This document shows positions 14,900 to 37,484 of a stretch of 64,000 bases of DNA, piece by piece. Below the pieces are notes generated by a model. That model saw only the letters and a program-made list of their open reading frames with translations, made no database searches and was not told the DNA's origin. Source of the stretch: the human T2T-CHM13v2.0 reference genome, Homo sapiens; NCBI GenBank assembly GCA_009914755.4, contig CP068257.2, positions 8,736,001 through 8,800,000 of the forward strand, given 5' to 3'. Every line of letters begins with the position of its first letter. The stretch's first letter is position 1. Both the position numbers and the translations under genes were made by a program.

Positions 14900-17024
14900 C
14901 ATTATGAAACCTTGCTAAAACCCAAGATCGAAAAGAGTCATTTTGAGAAGGCAGGCCCTTTGGTTAATAAGGTGTCATATTATCCAAAGCAATCTGTAAG
15001 TTAACTCAAATCCCTATCAAAATCCCTGTCCCACTTTTTATAGTAATAGAAAATGCAAGCCTACAATGTAGGCTGAATGGCCAAGCCAATCATGAGGAAT
15101 AAAAAAAAAGCTGGGGACATCATACTCGTGACTGACACAAAACAGTTCAAAAGTCACTGTTTGTAGATAACCTGGGGAAAACCTGCTAGGTACTCAGTGG
15201 GAGCCACACTCACCCACACATCTGCTATTAGGCCCAGCATATAGCAGAACCTGCCCTAGTGCCTGCTCCACAAAATAAAGCCCTGAAGACAATCCAGCCT
15301 ACCCGAAAACATGACAGAACTCACAATCACACGTTCTCCTGGTAACAAGCCCATTAAAGGTAAAACCCACTTCAGATTCGGCAGCCACCTTCTGACGCAG
15401 CTACAAGCCTTTTTACTGCAAACCCAGTAAAGATCGCAGCAGCCTCGAGACCCAACAGATGAAGATCTTTACCTACTAAAACCAGTTTATAAAAATGAAA
15501 AGAGGTGTCTGGGCACGGTGGCTCACACCTGTAATCCCAGCACTTTGGGAGGCCGAGGTTGGTGGATCACGAGGTCAGGAGTTCAAAACCAGCCTGCTGA
15601 AGCAGAGAATTGCTTGAACCCAGGAGGCGGAGTTTGCAGCGAACCAAGATCGTGCCACAGCACTCCAACCTGGGTGACAGAGCGAGACTCCATCTCAAAA
15701 ACAAAACAACAACAACAACAACAACAAATGAAAAGAGGTGTTTGCTCCTTCAAATGTGCAAACTCCAATGCAAGTCTACATTATGCCCATTCTAACGGTT
15801 CTATTTTAACATAGAACTGGAAGTCCTACTAGAATAATTAAGTCCTATATCAAATAATTAAGCAAGAAAAACTAAAAGATCCAAATTGAAAAGAAGAAAT
15901 AACGTCACTGTCTATAGATGACATAATGTTATATATAAAAAACATAAATAGTACATTTAAATAATGCGTTTAATGCATCTATAAATAAATAGTGCATCTA
16001 ATAAATGCACTCAGAAAAGAAGCAGAATATACAATTAACATACAAATATCAGTTTTGTTTATATATGCTAGCAACAAACCAGTAAAAAAGAAAAAATATC
16101 TCATTTACAATAGCAACCAAATAATAGATTTCTTAGCAATAAATTTAACCAATGTGGTGAAAGATCTTTACAATAAAAAATAAAATATATTGATAAAAAA
16201 TTAAAGAAGATACAAATAAATGTAAATATATTACATGTTTATGGATTAGAAGAATATTGTCTAAGTGCCATATTATCCAAAGCAATCTGTAGATTAATTC
16301 AACTTCCTATCAAAATTCCTGTGCCACTTTTTACAGTAATAGAAAATAAAGTCTGCAATGTATGTAAAACTATAAGAAATATTGAATGGCCAAAGCAATC
16401 ATGAGGAATAAAACAAAATCTGGGGACATTATACTTTATTATTTAAAACTGCATTTCAAGACTACAGTAAACATAATAGAATGGAATGTTTATAGGAACC
16501 AACACAAAAACCAATGGAACAGAATACAGAGCCCAGAAGTAAATCTATGCATCTAAAGTTAATCTTTGACAAGGGCACTATGAATATGCAATACAAAATG
16601 TGTAGCCTTTTCAATACTTAGTGCTGGGAAAACTGGATAGTCACAAGCACAATAAAAAAACTTGATCATATTTCTTACACCAGACACAAAAATTGACTTA
16701 AAATAAAGACTTAAATTTAATACATAAATCCTTAAAAGAAAATCTTTAAAAAAGCATATGAAAAGCCTTCATGATACTGGCCTTGGCAATGTTTTTTTTA
16801 AAATATGATATCAAAAATATAGCAATAAAAGGAGACATAAAGTTGTAGTGCATTAAAGTATTGTGCACAGCAAAAAATAAGAAAACATTTAAGATAGGAT
16901 AAAATATTTGCAAACTATATATGATAAGAGGTTAATATTCAAAATACAGCAGAAACTCATACAAATCAGAAGCTAAACAATAATAATTATAATACCCAAC
17001 TAAAAAATAAGCAAAAGACTAAAT
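14900..17024 (+). mobile_element. Older L1 (L1PB/L1MA-like) ORF2 region, interrupted by an Alu and by the L1PA insertion
   Basis: L1 ORF2-sense motifs are present: ...gtcactgtctatagatgacataatgttatatat...; ...ccatattatccaaagcaatctgta...; ...tggtgctgggaaaactggatagtcacaagc.... The segment 14905-15130 is repeated at 16262-16440. Confidence 0.6.
15507..15730 (+). mobile_element. Alu SINE with an internal deletion and a (CAA)n tail
   Basis: ggcacggtggctcacacctgtaatcccagc... Flanked by the direct repeat aatgaaaagaggtgt at 15492-15506 and 15728-15742. Confidence 0.8.
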
Positions 17025-23145
<6,121 letters not shown>

Positions 23146-23990
23146 TGACCAAGACTAAATATTTTATACAAACATATTCAAATGGCCAACAGATATGTAG
23201 AAAGATGCTAAACATTACCATTCATGAGAAAATTGCAAATCAAAAGATACCACTTTACAGCAGTGGAATGATTAATATCAAAAAAAGAAACATAACAAGT
23301 TTTAACAAGGATGTGACAAAATATTTCTGTACAGTTTTAATGAGTTGCAGACTGGAAGAGTCATGAAAATTAGTACGCAGTTTATTTTAAAAAATAGACT
23401 ATCGTACAATCCTGAAATTTCACTTCTGTAAATAAACAAAATAAAATCAGCATCTCAAAAATTATCTGCACTCCTGTATTCAATGCAGCATTATTCACAA
23501 CTGTCAAGGATATTTTTTTTAAATGACTTATCTGTAGATGCTGAATGGATAAGGAAAATGTGGTATAAATCGACAACCGAATATTATTCACCCATAAAAA
23601 AGAATGAAATTCTGCTATTTCAACAACATGAATGGACCTGGGTACATTATGCTACGCAAAATAAGCCAGGCACAGAAAGACAAACACTGTGTGTTTGCAC
23701 TTAAATGGAGAATTTAAAAAGCCTGAACTTATAGAAGCAGAGTGTACAATGGTAATGACCAGGCCTGGAGGTAGAAAAAATGAGAAGGTGTTCAAAGAGT
23801 ACAAACTTTCAGTTATAAGATAAATAAGTTTTGGGGGTCTAATGTACAGCCTTAAGATGTAGTTAATAACAGTGTTTTGTATGCTTAAAATTTGCTACAA
23901 CAGTAGGAGACCTCAAATGCTCTCACTACAAAAAACATAACCATGTGAGGTGACAAAAATGTTCATCAACTTAATTGTATTAAACATTTT
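23146..23990 (+). mobile_element. Older L1 3' portion (continuation of the element split by the L1PA insertion)
   Basis: Sense L1 ORF2 C-terminal and 3'UTR motifs: atggccaacagatatgtagaaagatgctaaacattaccattcatgagaaaattgcaaatcaaaa..., ...catctgcactcctgtattcaatgcagcattattcacaac..., ...aataagccaggcacagaaagacaaacactgtgtg.... Confidence 0.7.
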
Positions 23991-24059
23991 ACAATATATA
24001 TCAAATTTTTATAATGTACACAATACATAATTATGCAATTTTTATTGGTCAAAAATTAA

Positions 24060-24230
24060 TGTTATGTACACATGCATATATTCATATAAGTGTGTATATA
24101 GACATATATAAAACATATACATATATATCAATTACATATGTTGTTATGTATATAATTGTGTGTGTGTATATATATATATATATACACATATATACACACA
24201 CATACATATCAATGACAAAATCCTAGTAAG
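24060..24230. repeat. (TA)n/(CA)n simple repeat
   Basis: atatatacatatatatc...tgtgtgtgtgtatatatatatatatatacacatatatacacacacatacatatc. Confidence 0.8.
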
Positions 24231-25337
24231 CTTCAAACTAAACAAGGCAAAATTATAAAATGATAACTATTTAAAAATCAGGAAACAAATGGGTATTTAA
24301 TACATGCTCAGCTATATTTTGAGTTCCTCAATGGCAAAGTACATGTTTTAAATGTAGAAAGTAGATACATTAAACCATATTACAGTTTAGGAATTATGGC
24401 ACAGAGTGTTTACAGTATTAGCCTCAATACATACCAAAAGCTTAAAATTTTGAAGTAAAATAACATTTGGTTTCATTATATGGGGCAGATGCTTAGTATT
24501 CTGATAAAATTATTGAGTATGAATTTCTGTAGAATCACTTTTGAAACCTTCACAAGATATGAAATTATAAAGCAGAAAACTTACGACATCTGGATGTGGT
24601 GTTTCTGTGATTTCTAAACCAAATCCCAATATCTCCACTACTCTCACACATTTTAGACAAGACTCAAAATGGAAATTAGAAAATGTTTATCATAGATTTC
24701 CTTAAAAATCACAGACAGCTCCATGTCCTCAAAAGCAAAAAAAAGAGCAAGCAGCCATGTCCTCCAGTCCCTTGTAAGCCATGCAAAGGGCTTTGATTTT
24801 CTTTGTAACCTAGAAGAATGATCGTTGAAGGGGAAGTTAAGTCCTAGAAAATTGAAGAGCATGGGGCAGAGGATGTCAGTCTCTAATGAAAGCAAGAGAA
24901 ATAAATCAGGGCTTCTCAGAACAGATTTCCATTGAAGCATAGCTTCGCAAACCACACTTTAAGATCTAGCTTTCTCCTTGACCTTTGGACATCTCATCTC
25001 TGTCATCTGCCTTATTCACTCCCACCTATTTGGGTGTTTGGCTACTATCCCCTGTCTCCTCACACTCTGGGGCTTTTTCTTTTACTCAGTGTAGGTGATC
25101 AGGTTTAGCTTAGAGAACAGCCAAGGACTCTGTATTAGAAAAAGTAATATGACTTATGCTGTGATTTTCCAATTACTACTTAGTATTCTGCTCGGTGGAA
25201 AAAAACAGAACATTACAAAAGAGTCTAAAAATGTAATACCAAATACTATTTCCACACACAAACGTTATGATATTTAAAAACTTTTCTATATTTGTGGATC
25301 CTTAGCTCCATAACCCAGTGCTGCTGAATCAAAACTT

Positions 25338-25465
25338 GGTGGTGGTTGCCTGGGCCTGGTGACTCACACCGCCTATCACAGCACTTGGAGAGGCCAAGGC
25401 AGGCAAATAACTTAAGCCCAGGAGTTTGAGGCCAGCCTTGGAAACTTCACGAGACCTAGTCTACG
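25338..25465 (+). mobile_element. Alu-monomer-like fragment
   Basis: ggtggtggttgcctgggcctggtgactcacaccgcctatcacagcacttggagaggccaaggcaggcaaataacttaagcccaggagtttgaggccagcc. Confidence 0.45.
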
Positions 25466-25624
25466 GGTTGAGGGTGGGGAGGAGGGGGAAAGGTGGTGGT
25501 AATGGGAGGTGGTAATGCGATTATAAGGTGTGGGCAACCATATTTTGTGCCTCTAAATTTGTGGAGTTACCACTAATCTAAAATTAAGGATACAGATCAG
25601 CTGAAGAAAGAAAAAGATTTATGT

Positions 25625-26300
25625 CGAGATGAAACCTCCTCGTGAGGGTCTGCAGCTGCAATACCGCCAGGTGTCAGCATCCCACCTCTTTCGCCTGGCT
25701 GCAGCCCCACCAGGAGCCCGGCTCCAGCCGGGGCACTGCAGCAGGTACTAGACCTGGAAGGCGCAGGCGCGGGTTTCCTGCCCTCCGGGGTGTCTTCCCT
25801 CTCCCGGGACCCCAGGCAATTCAATTCATTCATCAAGCGCCGCTGCAACCATCCAAGTTGGGGCAGCAGTTCCCACAGTCGCCAGCCAAGATCTCCGCTC
25901 CAGAACCCGTGGGCTGCTTTCCCGGGGGAAGGACATTGTCTTCGGCAGCCACGAAGAAATCCGTCCCTGTGCACCCTGTTTCCCATTGTCACCAACGTCG
26001 TGTAAACTCTAGTCCTGAGGACACGAGAGAGACCCAGACCTGGCTCCGTGGACAGGCTCGGTGCCACGGCTTCCACCAGATGGACGGGTGCACTCTACAA
26101 ATCTCGGGGCCCACCGCACCAAGGAGACAGAAAGAAGCAAACAAAGGAAGGACCCTATGAAACGCACCCCCAAAGCAACCAACCAATACAAGAAAAAAAA
26201 AACACGTCTCAGGTCTCCGTTGATTTTCCCGCATGGCTGGCCCTGACCCCCTGTTCTAGCCTGGCCCAAGCACCCTCCACCTCACCCCGACCTGCTCAAA
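25625..26300. other. GC-rich, CpG-dense unique segment; left edge of the GC-rich, rDNA-spacer-like block
   Basis: Base composition switches abruptly from AT-rich L1/Alu sequence to GC-rich sequence with many CpGs at about 25.6 kb. The ORFs here (25597-26317) overlap on both strands with no codon structure. Confidence 0.4.
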
Positions 26301-26519
26301 GTGCCCTGTCTACCTGAGCAGAGGCTCCCTCTCCAAGGCTCTGTCTCTCTCGCTCTACAACTCCCTCACCCTCTCCCTTTCTCTACTTCCCCCTCCAACT
26401 CTCGCTCTTCTGTCACCTTCTGTCTCTCTCCCCCTCCACTTTTCTCTCTCTCCCCCCATTTGTATCTCTCCATCCCGGTCTCCCTAGCTCTCTTTCAAGC
26501 TGTGTCTGTGTCTTTGTCT

Positions 26520-26700
26520 ATATGTCCTTGTGTGTGTCCGTGTGTGTCTGTGTGCTTGTATCCTTGTGTCCGTGTGTGTGTCTTTGTGTGTCCGTGTGTG
26601 TGTGTCCGTGTGTGTGTGTCCGTGTGTGTGTGTGTCTGTGTGTGTGTCCATGTGTTCCTGTGTGCATGCACCCGTGTGTACCTGTGTGTGTGTCGGGGTG
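26520..26700. repeat. GT-rich simple repeat (TGTGTGTCC-type)
   Basis: tgtgtgtccgtgtgtgtctgtgtg...gtgtgtgtgtccgtgtgtgtgtgtccg.... Confidence 0.8.
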
Positions 26701-27174
26701 GGTTTGCTCGTGGTAGTGGTGGGGTGTGTCTGTGTGTCCCTCAGCCCCTCTTTCCCGGGGATCAGGCTGCCAGGGCTCTAGTGCCAGCGCGTGGCAAAGA
26801 AGGGCCTTCCTGTCCCGTTGGCCACGGGCAGGTCCTCGTCGGGACAAGCGACGATGGTGTGGACCTTGTGAGAAAAAGGGCCCGCAGGCCTGGGCTGGCT
26901 GTTCGCCCCTGGGCAGCCCTGACAGCTCTGGGTGTGTGGGCCAAGAGGGGGCCTTGCAGGAGGGGTGCGAGGGATTCAAAACAATTTTTTCCGCTGCAAG
27001 GCGGAAGACCAGAGGGGATCCCAGGACTGTGGGCCCCAGGCCCTGACGCCTCCGAGCACACCCTGTCCTGAGCAGGCCAGATGTGTTGGAAACTCAGGAG
27101 CTCGCAAGCCGGGGGAAGGCCTGGAGTGTCAGCGAAAGGGAGGCCGCCTGGTGGGCCTTGAGCCTGGGCAGGGG

Positions 27175-29625
<2,451 letters not shown>

Positions 29626-32600
29626 TCAGTTGGCCTCTGTGCTGCAGGCAGGTCCAGGCAGGAGTCCGACCCCGCCAGTGGCCCTTATAAAGACCCACCA
29701 GCTTCACGCCTTCATGAATATGCATGAACACCCAAGGGCCCTGGGTAACCTGCCCTCCGAAGGGCCCAGAAACCACAGACACAGGGCCTTGTGTGGTAGG
29801 TGAAGGTGGGGCCAGATCAGCTGGGAAAGGGGGGCTTCTGGGACTGGCTGTCTGAGTTCTCCAGAATTCTACAGAAACTGGAAGTTTCTCTCTGGGTTCA
29901 CACACGATTTCAGGGAGAAACCACCCTGGAAGGGTGGAGTGTGGAACTGAACCTCCATGATAGTCTTGATTTTCCAGGCCCTCTCCGTGAAGCCGGCAAT
30001 GCCTGTGGGTGTCGCCGTTGCCGTGATAGTCACACACGCAGGTGTGTGGATCTCATTCATTTTTTTATTTTCATTTTTTATTTCTACCTCTTAAAGTCAA
30101 TGATAAAGTCATGAGTGTAAAATGAATGCATTTAAAAACATAAAAGATACATTTCAATGACAAGAAATATGCAATGATCATGAAAATCTACTGTACACTT
30201 TGCCAAGGTCAAAGAATGAAAGACAATATGGAAAAGCCAATCCTCAAATATATCCTTAACAAAAACTCTCTCCTACATAGTAAAAGCATCATCTAAACAG
30301 CAGCTCCAACCGAGAAAAAAAATACAACAAAAAACAAAACAAAACAAAAAAACAGCAGGGTAGATGGGACAGATAACTTTCCCCAGGTTTTCCAGATAAA
30401 AACATGTGGTCACCAGGAATTCAAGGTAACTTCAAAAGCCACATTTAATTCAAAATAAAATGAACACTTCTGACAGATGACAGCAGTATGATACTGACTT
30501 TTTTCTTTCCTAGATACAAATGATATGGGGCATTTCTTAACAGTTTAGTAATCGTCTAAGAATAACTGTAGAAATAACCCCAATTCCACCGTCCCAGCCA
30601 CTGGTATAAAACAAATAACCTTCCATTGATACTGTCTTTCACATAACTACAATATCCTCACTTACTTGGAACAATTTCATGCTTACACATGATCACAAAC
30701 ACTTGTTTTTAGATGTTGTTGAATTATTGGAGCTGAGATTTTTTAAACAATATCTGAATCTTAGCAGAGAGCAAATAATCATTTCACTATACATTGATTG
30801 GGCTTCCTTAACCAAATCTGAGAAACTACTATAATAATAATGCTGGTGGTAATCCATGATACTCTCAAATTTTTCCCTTTAAGAAATATATAATCCATGT
30901 AACTCTAGCAAATATGTTACATTGCACACTTTCTTAACAAGGAATGGCTGTTTTCAGGCCTTATTAGGAAAACAAAGAAACAAACAATGGCAGTTACTAT
31001 CTGTTTTTTATCACTGATAAGCTACAATAAAGCTCAAATATGACAGTTTAATTGTGTGATATTAAGTAAAAAATGAAAACTATTATAGTTTTACCAAAAG
31101 AAACACAAAAAATGTGGGAAGAAGTCAAATGAGCATGGCATAAGTCCCAAAGATTACACTATGATTCTGAACAGGATTTTCCAAACAAAGGGTATCTACA
31201 TACAATTTCTGTGGATATTTCTTGTAATAGAAAGATCCAAAGCAAATGTAGGCTCAGCCCTACCTTGTCAAAGATAAATATTCAGATAAACTAGAAGTTC
31301 GATCTGCTAAAGTGCATCCGCTGACCAGATCTACCATGGCGCTGCTACTTAGAGCCATCTAAGAAAGTGGCCTCACTCATGCTCATTCACCTGTTCTGTG
31401 GCCTATCAAGAGTCACACATAACAATGGTTTTGCTTTTTTTAAAAAAAAAACAAATACTTTATACAGTGAACTACAGAAAAAACAATTCTAAATATACTT
31501 TTAAAATTCTAGAGAGTTAAGGTAACCTCATTTTTTAAAATACTGAAAATGTAAAGGGTCCATATAAAGAGTTGTATTAAGTACATACTTCCTATTTTAA
31601 TAATTCACTTGCTGTGCTCTTAAAATCTCTATGAGAGAAGCAGATATTTTACTCGTGTCTTTTGGCAAGAGATTCAAAAGCAAAAGTAGCAGGGCTGTAA
31701 AATTTCATAAAATTTGTGGGATTTTTAAAAGCTAAATTATTCAATATTTTGTATTGTTATTGCACTCATATATTGCCCGGAATATATATACAGCAACCCA
31801 GCAACAGTGATTGCAACAAAAGTAAGGTAAATAGGTCTACAAAGCATTTGATTTCCTTATTAGATAAGTGAAGTTTTCATAGAGGAAGTGCAAATTCAGA
31901 TCAGGTTACATAAGCTTAACAATTATTCAAACCTTATATAAAATTAAATCTAACCCTCACCACTACAAATCTGTAAGGAATCACTGTCAGGAATCTACAG
32001 GACTTGGCTCATATTTACATTCGACGCACACTTAGAAATTTCATAAATGATGAGATGCAGGCCAAGGGGATTCCTCAAAGGGCTCCACCCAAAAGGAAAA
32101 GAAAGAGAGTTAAACAGAGAATTACCACTTACGTATTTGTGGGTAATCAGCTTATTCCTCAGCCTCTAGACAGGGAGGAGGATGAAAAAATGGAAGAAAA
32201 TAATAAAGAAGAGGAAGAAAAAGGTCACAGTGAAGCGATGAAGCCAGAGAAGCCACCTCAAAATTTACTGAGAGAAAAAATCATGAAGCTGCCCCTCCCT
32301 GAATCTTTAAAAGCTTACTTGACATATTTTAGAGACAAATAACTTAGATCAAGAAGAAAGAATGCCTACTGATAATTCCTTTGGTCTTGAAAATGTAGCA
32401 TTTGTTAGGAATTAAAAGAATTATTTCATCAGAGCAAATTATAGTGGAAAAAATATCACTTGTTACTGTCAGTAACATAAATGATGTATGAGTGAATAAA
32501 AGAATCCCTTTTATAAAATCTATTTTTCTTTAAATCTTGGAAAATTGTTGTTTCACCTCAGAGTGATTTCAAAGTGGAATGTAACAGTAGTCAAGACTTG

Positions 32601-32692
32601 TGTGCTATAAATCCTTTTCTGATTCCTTACGGATCTCGTTCATTTTCATGTAGAAAACGAGAGCGAAACTACAGAGAAAAGAAAGGCCCAGT

Positions 32693-34790
32693 GCATCAGG
32701 GCCTGAAGAGGGATTCCTGTTTCCTGCAACATGGGGAGTCTCCACTATGGCCTGTTTCCAAACAGGGAACTGGAAAGGAGAGCGAAGACACGATGCTGTT
32801 TTTCCACGGTTCTCTGGAGGTTTCTGTGTCCCCAGAGAGCTCGGGAAACAAACAGTCAACATGGTCACGCTTTCGGGGGCCAGAGATGCATGAGCAACAG
32901 GTCCCCTTGCAGAAGGCAAAGGAACGTGGAACCCGAAACCACGCTTCAGTCGGCCTGAGTGTGACTCCTGTGTGGACGAGACTATCCACCTAGCGCTCCG
33001 TTGCAGGCTCAACGTGGGGCTATCTCATCTGTGAACCATGTGGATGAAAAATGGACAATCACCCGAGTCTCGGCTCATTGCTCTCTGGGCAATTCCCTCA
33101 TTCCTTGGGAGACGAAATTCGGCTGAATCGCTCTTGGATGAAGTAACCCAGGCTGGCGATCCAGAGGGCCGGTGAGAGCCCCGCAGGCCGACGCGGCTGT
33201 GGGCCGAGCACTTAGCCTGCACTGTGCACCCAACATTTTCCCGGAGTGCAAGATCCTGGTGGTCCTGGAGGCAGAAGACTGCTTTTCTCTCTGCCTTCCT
33301 CTCTCTGTTTCTTGCTCCCTCCCTCCCTCTTTCCCCCCGTCCCTCCCGCAGTTCCTCCCCGCCTTCCCTTCCTCCCTCCCTCCTTCCCTCTCTCCTTCCT
33401 TCTATCCCTCCATCCTTTCCAAGGTCCCTCGGTCCATCCGTTCTTTCCTCCCTCCATCGCTCCCTCCCTCTCTGTCTCCGTTCCTCTCCCCATCTCTGCC
33501 TGAGTTCCCTCCCGCGTAGAAAGGGCAGCACCCCGGTTTGCGCGGGGTCTCGGGTCTGCATTTAGCTGTCAGGCGCTCCACGGTGATGCCGAGGAAGCTG
33601 GTGGGGCAAGGGTAGGCGAGTGACGGTGTGGCGGGGATGCAGAGTTGGCGAGACGCGGAAAGAAGAACAGACCTGGCACCTGCCCGGGCCAGTGTTTCCC
33701 GGGATGGAGGTCTCCGCCCGCCCCACTGAAGAACGCGGTGGGGGGCAAGAGGGAAGTGATGAGAACTCCACCTAGGCTAGTTAGAAAACCTAGGCTACTG
33801 CCTGCTAACTCGCGCATGAGCAGTAGACAGTCCGCCTCCCGGTACCTGGAGGGGCCCTGGGATCCCCGGGATGCTCAGAAAAGAATGACAGCCCTCCTCT
33901 GAGTGGAGTCTCTCACGGGACCTGGAACTCAGGGATCCTAGGCAGGTCAGCTGGAAGGGAAGACACGCCTCTCCATACCGAGTCAGAGGTTCACCGTGAA
34001 AGAGAGGCCGCCGCCCTGCCCCTACCCAGCCCCAGCCCCGCGTCCTAAAGCTCCTCCAGCACAGCCCGCTATTCTTCCTGGCTGAGGAGTGGTTCCAGCG
34101 GAGCGGGCTCTTCCACGTCCTTCAGCTCCCCCAGTGGCGCCGGATCTAGGAAAAGTTGTGCCTTTTGCTGGAACTCTGGGGTTTACTGGCAGGGGGTTTA
34201 CTGGCTGGGGGTGAGTGTAGATGAGCGCCCCGGCTCCTGGAGCGGTTGGGAGGCGCCTGGATGGCTTGCATATGTGCTTGACCCGGAGGCCTCTGAGGTC
34301 GCGAGCTTCGGAAGTGGAGGTGCCCCGTCTTCAGTTTCCCACGCCGCCCTGGCAACCTGGGGCTCCAGCCCCACCGCGGACTCTGGTGGGATGTGGGTGG
34401 CGCAAACATACTTTGCCCCTGTGACTCAGCTTGAGGGTACCCAAGCTGTCCCACTGAGCATGCACCCAGCAGGCCGCTGTGCTGCGGGTCCTGGTCCTCC
34501 TGGCATTTTTTGGGGTGCGGAGGCCACCGAGGAGTCTGAGGGTGGGACAGTCCTACTTCTAGAGGGGCCAGGGCAGCAAACACAAAATCCCCGCGTGCCG
34601 GGGCACGTTGAGAGATTCCTTCTGCCTGCGCAGCCTGGCTAGGCTGGAGCGGTGGGACCGCCCTTGCTCCCTGGCTCACGAAAGCCCCCTGTGGGAGAGC
34701 CCCAGGCATGCAGGGTGTGTGGGGTGCGGCAAGCCCTGTTCCCCATGCCCCGGTGTGGGTGAACTCGATTGAGGAGGGAGGAGGATGACA
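32693..34790 (+). repeat. Copy B of the ~2.1-kb direct duplication, with an internal CT-rich tract at 33290-33500
   Basis: Same motif order as copy A. Minus-strand ORFs in the two copies translate to related peptides ([18 protein letters not shown]), which shows the nucleotide-level paralogy. Confidence 0.75.
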
Positions 34791-35085
34791 TCCGCCGGGG
34801 GTGTTAATTAGTAAGCACAGTGGCCTCAAAGAGCTCAAATGAAAGGAAGAATTGCACGTCTCTCACTTGAAGTCCAGAGCTAGAAATGATTAAGCATAGT
34901 GAAGATGTAAAATTTTCATCGCTAGAGAGATGTCCACACTTGGCTTCAAAACTTCAAAGGATGGGCTGACTCTCTTTAAGGACCACTGCAGTTGGTGACT
35001 TTAAGTTACAGCCAGTGCTCATTGACCACTCTGAAAATCTCACGGCCGTTAGGAATTATGCAAAATCTATTCTTTCTGTGCTCTA

Positions 35086-35575
<490 letters not shown>

Positions 35576-35576
35576 A

Positions 35577-36454
35577 TTGCTGCTTATTGACAATTCACCT
35601 AGCTACCCAAAAGCTTAGATGGAGATGTACTTGGAAATTAATATTATTTTCATGGCTGCTAATACAATATCTATCTTTCAGCCTGTGGATCAAGGAGTGG
35701 TTTTGACTTTCAAGTGTTTTTATTAAATAATAAATGCATTTTGTAAAGGTATAGCTGTCATAGATACTAATTTCTTTGATGAATCTGGATAAACTGAATT
35801 GAAAACCTTTTGGAAAGGTTTCACCATTAATCCTTTCATGATATTTCAACCTCTTCACGTGAATCAAAAATGTCCTTAATAGCAAATGTCATTAAGGACA
35901 TTTGTGATTGATGGGAGGAGGTTGAAATATCAACATTAACAGGAGTTTGGAAGAAGTTGATTCCAGCCCTCATGGAAGACTTTGAAGGCTCAGGATGTCA
36001 GTGGAGGAAGTCCCTACAGATGTGGTAGAAATCGCAAGACAACCAGAATTAGAATTAGGGCCTTTAGATGAGATTAAATTGCTGTAAACTCATGATGAAA
36101 CTTGAGCATCTGGGGAGTTGCTTCTTATGGATGAGCAAAGAAAATATTTTCTTGAGATGGAATCTACTCCAGGTGGAGATGCTACGAACATTGTTGAAAT
36201 AACAACAAAGCGTTTAGAATATTCCATAAACCTAGTTGATAAAGCAGCAGCAGGGTTTGAGAGGGTTTACTCCAATTTTGAAAGAAGTTCTACTGTGGAT
36301 AAAATGCTATCAAACAGCATCAACATGCTACAGGGAAATCTTTTGTGAAAGGAACAAACTTCATTGTTTTAAGAAATTGACACAAGCACCCAACCTTCAG
36401 CAGCCCCCACACTGATCAGTCAGCAGCCATCAACATAGAGGCAAGACCCTCACT
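35577..36454 (+). mobile_element. Tigger1 DNA transposon, internal-to-3' portion (part 1)
   Basis: ttgctgcttattgacaattcacctagctacccaaaagcttagatggagatgtac...ggatgagcaaagaaaatattttcttgagatggaatctactccaggtggagatgctacgaacattgttgaaat...cagcagccatcaacatagaggcaagaccctcac matches the Tigger1 consensus as I recall it. Confidence 0.7.
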
Positions 36455-37484
36455 GTAAGAGAAAAGAAAGAGAGATCAGACTGTTACTGTGTCTACATAG
36501 AAAGGAAAGACGTAAGAGACTCCATTTTGAAAAAGACTTGTACTTTAAACAATTGCTTTGCTGAGATGTTGTTAATTTGTAGCTTTGCCCCAGCCACTTT
36601 GCCCCAGCCACTTTGACTCAACCTGGAGCTCACAAAAACATGTGTTGTATGAAATCAAGGTTTAAGGGATCTAGGGCTGTGCAGGATGTGCCTTGTTAAC
36701 AAAATATTTACAAGCAGTATACTTGGTAAAAGTCATCGCCATTCTCTAGTCTCAATAAACGAGGGGCACAATGCACTGCAGAAAGCCGCAGGGACCTCTG
36801 CTCTTGAAAGCGGGATATTGTCCAAGGTTTCTCCCCATGTGATAGCCTGAAATATGGCCTCATGGGATGAGAAAGACCTGACTGTCCCCCAGCCCGACAC
36901 CCGGTAAGGGTCTGTGCTGAGGTGGATTAGTAAAAGAGGAAAGCCTCTTGCAGTTGAGATAGAGGAAGGCCACTGTCTCCTGGCTGCCCCTGGGAACTGA
37001 ATGTCTCAGTATAAAACCTGATTGTACATTTGTTCAATTCTGAGATAAGAGAAAAACCGCCCTATGGTGGGAGGTGAGACATGTTTGCAGTAATGCTGCT
37101 TTGTTATTCTTTACTCCACTGAGATGTTTGGGTGGAGAGAAACATAAATCTGGCTTACATGCACGTCCACTCATAGTACCTTCCCTTGAACTTAATTATG
37201 ACATAGATTTTTTTGCTCACATGTTTTTTGCTGACCTTCTCCTTATTATCACCCTACTCTCCTACTACATTCCTTTTTGCTGAAATAATGAAAATAATAA
37301 GCAATAAAAACTGAGGGAACTCAGAGGCCGGTGCCTGTGCAGGCCCTTGGTATGCTGAGCGCCGGTCCCCTGGGCCTACTGTTGTTTCTCTATACTTTGT
37401 CTCTGTGTCTTACTTCTTTTCTCAGTCTCTTGTCCCACCTGACTAGAAATACCCACAAGTCTGGAGGGGTGGGCCACCCCTTCA
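36455..37484 (+). mobile_element. LTR12-family (ERV9) solo LTR inserted into Tigger1
   Basis: TG...CA termini. Internal blocks ...agatgttgttaatttgtag...ggctgtgcaggatgtgccttgttaac...gcagggacctctgc...tgtccaaggtttctccccatgtgatagcctgaaatatggcctc...ctgactgtcccccagcccgacacccg...ctctgtgtcttacttcttttc...acccacaagtctggaggggtgggccaccccttca match LTR12. Flanked by a 5-bp target-site duplication ctcac. Confidence 0.7.

Noticed and set aside
25625-26300. A CpG-island-like segment at the left edge of the GC-rich block, as a possible gene promoter
   Set aside because: No downstream exon-like ORF, splice donor or known gene homology is visible. The region may equally be an LTR or spacer-derived sequence. 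It is kept as a feature note only.
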